A DNA stretch of 64,000 nucleotides from Candidatus Magasanikiibacteriota bacterium (GTDB lineage Bacteria > Patescibacteriota > Patescibacteriia > Magasanikbacterales > GWA2-37-8), in assembly GCA_023246715.1 (NCBI GenBank), contig JAHFHZ010000001.1:48571-112570 (forward strand), given 5' to 3'. A program made the position numbers and the translations under genes. Shown here one piece after another: positions 57,390 through 64,000 of the stretch. Each line of letters starts with the position of its first letter. The first letter of the stretch is position 1. The notes under the pieces were generated by a model. It was not told where the DNA came from. It did no database searches and worked only from the letters and a program-made list of their open reading frames with translations.

Positions 57390-58188
57390 GAAGCGTTTGA
57401 TTAGCTGCCTGCTGTGGCGGGAAGGCACGCTGGTTCAATCCCGACAATTCCAGCATACTAATTCGGTTGGAGATGCCCTGACAGCGGTTGATTTTTTTAA
57501 TACCTGGGCGATTGACGAGATCGTGCTGCTGGACGTTAGTCGCACTCCGAAACATCGAGCGTTGTTTCACGAACATTTACGCGAATTGTCGGAACGTTGC
57601 TTTGTTCCCTTGGCGGTGGGTGGCTGGGTAACTACCCTTGCGGAAATTCGACAGTTACTTTCCGAAGGGGCGGACAAAGTGGTGGTTAATACGGCCGCAG
57701 TCCGAGATCCAAATTTTATTACGATGGCTTCTGAATCTTTTGGCGCTCAATGTATTGTTGTTTCAATTGATGCCAAGAAAAATACAACTGGCGAGTATGA
57801 GGTATTTGTTAATCGAGGGAAGGATGCTGCCGGAATGCGGCCTGATCAATTAGCAAAAGTTTCCGAAGAACGGGGAGCTGGGGAAGTTTTTATTACTTCG
57901 ATTGATCATGATGGCAGGCAAGCCGGCTATGATATGGAGCTAGTTCGTTTGGTGCGACAGGCGACCAGCGTGCCGGTGGTTGCTTCGGGCGGGGTGGGTG
58001 AATGGTCGCACCTAGCCGAGGCAATTATCGAAGGCGGGGCTGATGCGGTTTCGGCGGCAAATATTTTTCATTATTCGGATCAAAGTACCAAAAAAGCCAA
58101 AGATTATTTGAAGTTAGTAGGGATTGACGTTCGCGAACCGGAATTTTATAAGATTTTATTACCACGCAAGCCGGTTTATAGGGTATAA
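57382..58188 (+). CDS. hisF: HisF-like subunit, copy 2
   Basis: MLKKRLISCLL (start at 57382), DEI, VGG, GADKV, FGAQC, GAGE, SIDHDG..GYD and ASGG. Confidence 0.88.
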   Translation: MLKKRLISCLLWREGTLVQSRQFQHTNSVGDALTAVDFFNTWAIDEIVLLDVSRTPKHRALFHEHLRELSERCFVPLAVGGWVTTLAEIRQLLSEGADKVVVNTAAVRDPNFITMASESFGAQCIVVSIDAKKNTTGEYEVFVNRGKDAAGMRPDQLAKVSEERGAGEVFITSIDHDGRQAGYDMELVRLVRQATSVPVVASGGVGEWSHLAEAIIEGGADAVSAANIFHYSDQSTKKAKDYLKLVGIDVREPEFYKILLPRKPVYRV

Positions 58189-58197
58189 TCAGTTCTT

Positions 58198-60504
58198 ATG
58201 TTATTCGAACAGCTTAATCAGGGTTCGTGCCGGGCATATTTGATTGGCGACGAAAAGTCACGCCAAGCTATTTTGATTGATCCTCGACTGGAATTTGTGC
58301 CGAACTATCTTGTTTATTTGGAAAAAAATGGGCTAAAACTTACTCATGTCATTGATACACACACCCACGCCGACCATATTTCGGGGGCGACGCTCCTGGC
58401 TAAAGAAAATGGCGCCAGCTATTTAATGCATCGCGCTTCACCGGTGAGTACGCTCGCGGAGCGAATTGAAGATGGTTTTACCCTTGAGCTGGGCCAGATT
58501 AAAGTGTCGGCGCTCTATACCCCGGGGCACAGTAAAGATTCCGTGTCCATTTTGGTGCCGGGAAAAATTTTAACGGGTGATGCTTTATTTTTAGATGACG
58601 GCGGCGCGGGCCGCGATGACTTATACGGTGGTGATTCAGGCGAACATTGGGAAAGCTTGCAGCGTTTGGGCGCGCTCGATGAACGATTGTTGGTTTTGCC
58701 AGGCCACGAGTATCGCGGGTACGCGCCTTCGACCCTGGCCCAACAAAAACGAACTAATCCAATGTTGCGTTACGAAAATAAACAATCATATGTTGATTTT
58801 ACTCATAACACTTTGTATGGCGCGGCTGACTGGATGAAACCGATTGTGGCGGCCAACATCGCGGGTGTAACCGAAGCCTTGGCAGAGCCGCTGGGAGCAG
58901 ACACGGCTTGTGAAGTCATGGCTTGCGAACCAATGAGCCCGTGCGAGCCTGTTAAGGGAGCTGTCAGTTTTGCGGGCGCGGTATTGAGTGTGCCCCAGCT
59001 GCTCGAGAAATTAAACAGCACCGAGCCGCCAATAGTATTAGACGTGCGGGAAGAACACGAATTGTTAGGGGAGCTGGGTAGACTGGATAATATTATTCAC
59101 ATTCCCGTTGGTGAATTGACGGCGCGTTTGAGTGAACTTGTTGAATACAAACACCGCGAATTGATCGTGGTTTGCCGCACCAGCAACCGATCACTTAAAG
59201 CAGGGGGTATACTCTCTCGCGCTGGATTTATCAAGGTGGGGGTTTTAGCCGGTGGCATGCATGCGTATCGAGGGGTGGAAAATTCATCCTCGTGGATGGT
59301 TGATCAACCAATTTATTTGGATCACGCCGCAACGACATACCTTGATCCGCGGGTGAAAGCCGTAATGGAACCTTTTTGGGAAACTGATTTTGGTAATCCT
59401 TCAAGCACTTACAGTCTTGGTCGCCGCTCCAACGATTCTGTTGAAACCGCGCGGGCCAGAATTGCTGAATTGCTTAAGGTCGAAGCACAGGAAATTATTT
59501 TTACCGCTGGGGGAACAGAAAGCATTAATTTGGCTATTTTTGGAGTAGTCGAAAGACTTATTGCGCAGGATTCTAAACCTCATATTATTACCTCTGCCAT
59601 TGAACATAGCGCGGTACTTAAAAGTGTTGAAGCGCTGCAACGCCGGGGGTGCGCGGTGACGATTTTGTCGGTTGACCGGGAAGGATTTATTGATTTGCGG
59701 CAACTCGAGCAGGCAATTACCCCGGCGACGACTTTGGTATCAATTATGTATGCTAATAACGAGATTGGCACTGTTCAACCAATCGCGCAGATTGGAAAAT
59801 TATTACGTAAAATAAACGAAACACGTGAACCGAAAAAATTACCCCGTATTTTATTTCATAGTGATGCTTGTCAGGGAGCCGGCGCTTTGAGTATTGATGT
59901 GCAAAAACTTGGCGTTGATTTATTGACAATTAATGGAAGCAAGCTCTACGGGCCTAAGCAGACCGGCTTATTGTATTGCCGAACGGGAGTAGCTCTGACG
60001 CCGATTATATATGGTGGTGGCCAGGAGCATAGTTTAAGAAGTGGAACGGAAAACGTCCCGGGCATTGTTGGTTTGGCAAAAGCTCTGGAGCTTGCCCAAC
60101 AAGAAAGCGAGGCGGAAAACTATCGTTTGCGTGAACTGCGCCAGTTCGGGTTTGATTGGCTAAAGAAGGAAGTCCCCGAGATGTTGGTGAACGGCGCAGA
60201 GGAAGACTCTGCGTCTGAGCTCCGGCGGTTACCAAATAATATTAATGTTTCTTTTCTAGGGGTTAATGGTGAAAATTTGCTGGTGTATTTAGACCGGCAT
60301 GGTATCTGCGTTTCAACTGGCAGCGCTTGTTCGGCAAAGCATACTGGAGCGTCGCATGTGTTAACCGCTATTGCCTGCCCGCCTGATTATATTAATGGCA
60401 GTTTGCGTATCACGCTTGGTAAAAGGACCAACAAAAACCAATTACAAAAAGCACTTATGGTTGTCGCAGACGGCGTTCGGCGGCAACGAGAAAAGCGAGT
60501 TTAA
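58198..60504 (+). CDS. Triple fusion of an MBL-fold persulfide dioxygenase (ETHE1-like), a rhodanese and a class I cysteine desulfurase (IscS/NifS)
   Basis: MBL part: IDTHTHADH, TPGHS, TGDALF, GRDD, PGHEY. Rhodanese: LDVREEHE, CRTSNRS, LAGG. Desulfurase: YLDHAATT, FGNPSS, GGTE, EHSAV, ANNEIG, HSDACQ, SKLYGPK, GGGQE, RSGTENV, STGSACS. Single reading frame. Confidence 0.93.
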   Translation: MLFEQLNQGSCRAYLIGDEKSRQAILIDPRLEFVPNYLVYLEKNGLKLTHVIDTHTHADHISGATLLAKENGASYLMHRASPVSTLAERIEDGFTLELGQIKVSALYTPGHSKDSVSILVPGKILTGDALFLDDGGAGRDDLYGGDSGEHWESLQRLGALDERLLVLPGHEYRGYAPSTLAQQKRTNPMLRYENKQSYVDFTHNTLYGAADWMKPIVAANIAGVTEALAEPLGADTACEVMACEPMSPCEPVKGAVSFAGAVLSVPQLLEKLNSTEPPIVLDVREEHELLGELGRLDNIIHIPVGELTARLSELVEYKHRELIVVCRTSNRSLKAGGILSRAGFIKVGVLAGGMHAYRGVENSSSWMVDQPIYLDHAATTYLDPRVKAVMEPFWETDFGNPSSTYSLGRRSNDSVETARARIAELLKVEAQEIIFTAGGTESINLAIFGVVERLIAQDSKPHIITSAIEHSAVLKSVEALQRRGCAVTILSVDREGFIDLRQLEQAITPATTLVSIMYANNEIGTVQPIAQIGKLLRKINETREPKKLPRILFHSDACQGAGALSIDVQKLGVDLLTINGSKLYGPKQTGLLYCRTGVALTPIIYGGGQEHSLRSGTENVPGIVGLAKALELAQQESEAENYRLRELRQFGFDWLKKEVPEMLVNGAEEDSASELRRLPNNINVSFLGVNGENLLVYLDRHGICVSTGSACSAKHTGASHVLTAIACPPDYINGSLRITLGKRTNKNQLQKALMVVADGVRRQREKRV

Positions 60505-60516
60505 TTTTTTCTAAAT

Positions 60517-60550
60517 AAAAAAGAGCTGGTTATTTTCAGCTTCTTTTTTT
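60517..60550. terminator. Probable bidirectional intrinsic terminator
   Basis: A-run, GAGCTG, 8-nt loop, CAGCTT, then a T-run, between the convergent genes ending at 60504 and 60549. The stem is short. Confidence 0.55.
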
Positions 60551-60746
60551 ATTTTCCACGCGTATTAGCAGCCGAAGCCAGCGCGAGCAGCATGGACGCC
60601 ACGGCCAGAACCGGGTGCCATGGTCCCACGCCGTTGAGCCATTCAAGGATGTCGCCGCCGCTGATCAGCATCCAGCCGAACCAACCAGCTAGGACGAGTC
60701 CGCCAGCTAGTCGGAGGACCTGTAGTAGTGCTGTGCTTTTTTTCAT
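60549..60746 (-). CDS. Small membrane protein (65 aa, two TM helices), unknown function
   Basis: AAGGAG ribosome-binding site about 10 nt before the ATG, an upstream TTGACA and a downstream terminator. It has two hydrophobic segments and basic termini, and it fills an intergenic gap. Confidence 0.7.
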   Translation of the reverse strand: MKKSTALLQVLRLAGGLVLAGWFGWMLISGGDILEWLNGVGPWHPVLAVASMLLALASAANTRGK

Positions 60747-60882
60747 TGTCGAAGGTCTCCTTTTTTGAGGATTTCATATCATATTTTATCGCTCTTGTCA
60801 ATATTTTTGGCTTAGGTTAAACTAATTCTTGGCGTTATATTGATGGTAGGGTTATATTAATTTCATTAAGTGGATAATTAGC

Positions 60883-61968
60883 ATGAAGTCTTTCTGTATT
60901 CCTACTCCTCAGGGCGGTTTGCGCCACATTGGGCCAGGCCAGCCCTGTTTTATTATCGCCGAAATGTCCGGAAATCATCACCATGATTATGATAAAGCCG
61001 TAGAAATTATTAAAGCGGCCAAGGCGGCTGGCGCCGACGCGATTAAAATTCAGACCTACACCCCGGATACTATGACGATTGATTGCGATAAGCCGTGGTT
61101 TATGGTGAAAGGCAAAGATCAGCCCGAATTGTGGCAGGGGCAGAAGCTCTATGATTTATACCAGACTGCTTATACGCCGTGGGAATGGGACGCTAAACTG
61201 CAGAAAGTCGCGGAAGCCGAAGGATTGATTTTTTTCTCCACCCCGTTCGATCCGTCCGCGGTTGATTTTTTGGAACCGCTTAATCCACCTTGTTATAAAA
61301 TTTCTTCGTACGAAGCAACCGACTTTACCCTGCTCCGACGCGTGGCGCAGACCGGCAAGCCGGTTATACTGTCGGTTGGATTCGCGGAGCGTGACGAGGT
61401 TGATTTTGCAATTGAAACCCTCCGTAAATATGGCGCGAAGGATATTGGCATTCTGCACTGCGTCACCGCCTATTCGGACAAGCCCGAAATTGATGAAACG
61501 AATATGCTGACAATGCTTGATATCCGCGACCGCTACGACGTGGTGTGCGGTTTTTCGGATAATAACGCCGGAATTGAAATTCCGACTGTAGCCGCCATGG
61601 CGGGAGCTTCGATTGTTGAAAAGCATTTTATGATTGAGCGCCAGGAAGGCGGGCCGGACGCGCGGTTTTCGATTGAACCCAGTGAGTTTGAAAAAATGGT
61701 CCAAAGCATTCGACGCGCGGAGCGAATTATGGGAAAGGTTAATTACGGCTGCCAGAGTGATAAGGAACGGGAAAATACTTTTTTTCGCCGATCGTTGTTT
61801 GTGGTGGAGGATATTAAAAAAGGAGAAAAGTTTACCTCGCGTAACGTACGCTCAATCCGGCCTTCCAAGGGGATGGAGACTAAGTACTATGATGAGGTGA
61901 TTGGCCAAAGCGCGGCAGAGGATATTGAACGCGGCACGCCATTTGTTTGGGAGTTGATTCAAAAATAG
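60883..61968 (+). CDS. pseI: Pseudaminic acid synthase-like (NeuB family)
   Basis: FIIAEMSGNH, GADAIKIQTYTPDTMTID, LYDLY..AYTPWEW, FSTPFD, YKISSYE, VEKHF, GGPDARFS, FRRSL and IRP. Confidence 0.88.
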   Translation: MKSFCIPTPQGGLRHIGPGQPCFIIAEMSGNHHHDYDKAVEIIKAAKAAGADAIKIQTYTPDTMTIDCDKPWFMVKGKDQPELWQGQKLYDLYQTAYTPWEWDAKLQKVAEAEGLIFFSTPFDPSAVDFLEPLNPPCYKISSYEATDFTLLRRVAQTGKPVILSVGFAERDEVDFAIETLRKYGAKDIGILHCVTAYSDKPEIDETNMLTMLDIRDRYDVVCGFSDNNAGIEIPTVAAMAGASIVEKHFMIERQEGGPDARFSIEPSEFEKMVQSIRRAERIMGKVNYGCQSDKERENTFFRRSLFVVEDIKKGEKFTSRNVRSIRPSKGMETKYYDEVIGQSAAEDIERGTPFVWELIQK

Positions 61969-61969
61969 T

Positions 61970-62725
61970 ATGCTTCGGTACGGCCTTAAGCTATGGACTC
62001 AGAATCATGAATTGTTCGGCGAGGCGGCTGGCTTGGTGGCGGGTAAACGCTTTGACGCAATTGAATTGTACAATAATCCAAAAGTGCCTCTGGATTTTGT
62101 GGAGCTGGCTACATTACAGGGAATTGTGGCGAGCATTCATAACCCCCACAGCCATGGTTGGCATGAATTTTTCCTTCAGAATGATGAGCAAGCCGAGCAG
62201 TGGAAGCAAACACAGCAACTGGCTGATTTTTTTGGAGCGCAGCAGATTATAGTTCACCCCTCCCGGGGCCACGCGCTGCCTGATTTATTTGTTAATTTGG
62301 AAAAAATTCATGATCAGCGGATTATTGTTGAAAATATGGCTGGCTGCGATATTGATAACCAACCAATGCGCGCGGGCCAAACTCTTGAGGATTTGGAGGT
62401 AATTCGAAAACACTACGCAATTTGTTTTGATTTAGAAAAAGCCGTGAAAGCCGCAGTATTCCAGGGGCTTGATTATCGAAATTATATAACTAAGGCGATT
62501 GCCAGCTTGCAGCCGGATTATTTTCAATTATCTGGTGGAGATAAAGACAGTCCGATAGATGAACATCAGAATTTGTGGAAAGCAAATTTTGATATTGCCT
62601 GGATTAAGCAGCAATTAGTGCGCGAAGCTCTTAACCGTGATATTCTGCTGGTGCTCGAGACGCCAAAGGCGGGTAGCACGCTCGAGAATGACTGCAAGAA
62701 TCTGGAGTTTTTTAAGTCGGTATAA
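61970..62725 (+). CDS. TIM-barrel protein, xylose isomerase/AP-endonuclease-2-like fold
   Basis: IEL, IHNPH, IVHP, IVENM, CFD, DEH and LET pattern. Confidence 0.65.
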   Translation: MLRYGLKLWTQNHELFGEAAGLVAGKRFDAIELYNNPKVPLDFVELATLQGIVASIHNPHSHGWHEFFLQNDEQAEQWKQTQQLADFFGAQQIIVHPSRGHALPDLFVNLEKIHDQRIIVENMAGCDIDNQPMRAGQTLEDLEVIRKHYAICFDLEKAVKAAVFQGLDYRNYITKAIASLQPDYFQLSGGDKDSPIDEHQNLWKANFDIAWIKQQLVREALNRDILLVLETPKAGSTLENDCKNLEFFKSV

Positions 62726-62746
62726 ATTTTTTATAGGTTGCTTTTT

Positions 62747-63172
62747 ATGCAAGGAATCAGCGTTCAAAAAATTTTGGCGGTCGGCGGATCTGACGCGCGT
62801 GGGGAAACACGCGAATTATTTAAAGGTAAGCCTGGTTTGCAAGTAACTTTGTATCATCGGCACGTCGGAGCAATATTTGCTGAACATTTTCATAAGGGGC
62901 TTGACCCATCCAAGGATCCGGAATATTTTTTTCTGATTAGCGGCCAGGTGGAAGTAGAAGCTGTTAATGGTATTACTCAGGAACGCACTGTTTTTAGCGT
63001 AAACGCCAATGAATTGGTAACGATCGAAAAAAATATTTTTCATCGATTTAGAGCCTTGACCGAGGCGGTATTTCTGGAATATCGTACCACGGTGTTTGAT
63101 TCGAGCAATGCCGATTGTTTTTCGGAAGCTGAATACCAGCCATATATTGATAGTTTAAAAATAATTAGCTAG
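62747..63172 (+). CDS. Cupin-fold protein (sugar epimerase/isomerase-like)
   Basis: DARGE, EHFHK...EYFFLISG and IFHRFRAL cupin motifs. Confidence 0.7.
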   Translation: MQGISVQKILAVGGSDARGETRELFKGKPGLQVTLYHRHVGAIFAEHFHKGLDPSKDPEYFFLISGQVEVEAVNGITQERTVFSVNANELVTIEKNIFHRFRALTEAVFLEYRTTVFDSSNADCFSEAEYQPYIDSLKIIS

Positions 63173-63186
63173 GGAGTTTGTTTACT

Positions 63187-64000
63187 ATGCCAAAGAATTC
63201 TCGTTTTTCAGCTCTGCTCAATAAGCGCCACAGCCTTATTCCCGGCGCGGCGCATACCTACTCTAAAGGTGATGATCAATTCCCACGGACTGCTCCGCCA
63301 GCGATTGTGCGCGGTAAGGGTGCGTACGTTTGGGGAACAGACGGAAAGAAATATTTGGATTGGTGCATGGGATTGCGCTCGGTGCTTTTGGGTCATGCGT
63401 ATGAACCGGTTAACCGCGCGGTGGCCAAGCAAATGAGCCTGGGGACTAATTTTGGCCGCCCCGCGATGATTGAATTTGAGTTTGCCAATGAATTGGTAAA
63501 AATGTTGCCGAACACCGACATGGTGAAGTTTGCCAAGAATGGTTCCACGGTTACCACGGCCGCTACCAAGCTCGCGCGAGCGTTTACTGGGCGCAAATAT
63601 ATTGTGGTTTGCTCGAGCCAGCCTTTTTTTAGCTATGATGATTGGTTCGTGGGCACCACGCAATCGCCAGCGGGGATCCCCGAAGAAGTCCGCAAATTGA
63701 CCCTGACGTTCGCGTATAACGATATTGCCAGCCTGGAGCGTGTTTTTGCCGAACATCAAAACGAAATCGCCTGCGTGATTTTGGAAGTTATGGCCGGCGA
63801 CGAACCCAAGGATAATTTTTTGCAGAAGGTAGAGGCGCTCACGCATCGCGAAGGCGCGCTGTTGATTATTGACGAGATGATTACCGGGTTTCGCTATGGA
63901 TTCCCGGCTTTGCATGACCGTTATGGGCTTAAGCCGGATCTAACTACCTATGGAAAGGGGATCGCCAACGGGTATTCGTTGGCAATTTTGGCCGGGCGCA
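63187..64000 (+). CDS. Class III PLP aminotransferase (glutamate-1-semialdehyde aminomutase-like), 3'-truncated and absent from the ORF track
   Basis: Translated by hand from ATG 63187: IPGAAHTYSKGDDQFP, RGKGAYVW, YLDWCMGLRSVLLGHAY, KFAKNGS, IACVILE, IDEMITGFR and TYGKGIANG. The frame is open to the window end. Confidence 0.9.
   Translation, partial: MPKNSRFSALLNKRHSLIPGAAHTYSKGDDQFPRTAPPAIVRGKGAYVWGTDGKKYLDWCMGLRSVLLGHAYEPVNRAVAKQMSLGTNFGRPAMIEFEFANELVKMLPNTDMVKFAKNGSTVTTAATKLARAFTGRKYIVVCSSQPFFSYDDWFVGTTQSPAGIPEEVRKLTLTFAYNDIASLERVFAEHQNEIACVILEVMAGDEPKDNFLQKVEALTHREGALLIIDEMITGFRYGFPALHDRYGLKPDLTTYGKGIANGYSLAILAGR

Noticed and set aside
53036-58188. hisH/hisF as histidine biosynthesis genes
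   Set aside because: No other his genes are present, both pairs follow N-acetyl-sugar amidotransferases, and the HisF copies lack the PCLD motif. They are ammonia-supplying WbuY/WbuZ-type paralogs.
48028-61704. Long antisense ORFs (48028-48585, 53691-54239, 61156-61704) and other short nested ORFs
   Set aside because: All lie fully within well-supported genes on the opposite strand or another frame and show no motifs, as expected from codon bias.
63208-63915. 235-aa minus-strand ORF
   Set aside because: It is the antisense shadow of the plus-strand class III aminotransferase and has no recognisable motifs.

Overview
The whole window is one gene-dense surface-glycan biosynthesis island of about 60 CDS, cut at both ends. 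I saw no rRNA, tRNA, CRISPR array, transposase or phage genes. The first 35.5 kb holds 7 GT4 and 5 GT2 glycosyltransferases, about 6 multi-pass GT-C/ArnT-like proteins, two AsnB-type amidotransferases, SAM methyltransferases and a Wzx flippase. It also encodes nucleotide-sugar enzymes: a UDP-GlcA decarboxylase, Gmd, an Fcl-like reductase, an RfbG-like dehydratase and a His-type ColD/RfbH-like PLP enzyme. At 35.5-41.8 kb there is a self-contained AcpS-FkbH-ACP-MaoC-SDR-MBOAT-SGNH cassette, which I infer builds a glyceryl- or lactyl-ACP and transfers the acyl group to a surface glycan. From 41.8 kb to the end is an unusually elaborate nonulosonic-acid (pseudaminic-like) pathway. It contains PseB, an RmlD-like reductase, a formyltransferase plus PIG-L deacetylase, a carbamoyltransferase, a GNAT, a cytidylyltransferase, two amidotransferase-HisH-HisF triplets, two divergent NeuB/PseI synthases and a class-III aminotransferase that the ORF track missed. 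Inside this block is a 768-aa in-frame triple fusion of persulfide dioxygenase (MBL), rhodanese and cysteine desulfurase, the most unusual single gene here. A dRS3/REP-like palindromic element lies at about 17.7-17.9 kb. AT-rich starts without Shine-Dalgarno motifs and the gene repertoire suggest a CPR/Patescibacteria-type genome (inference only). All calls come from recognising motifs by eye; no database searches were run.
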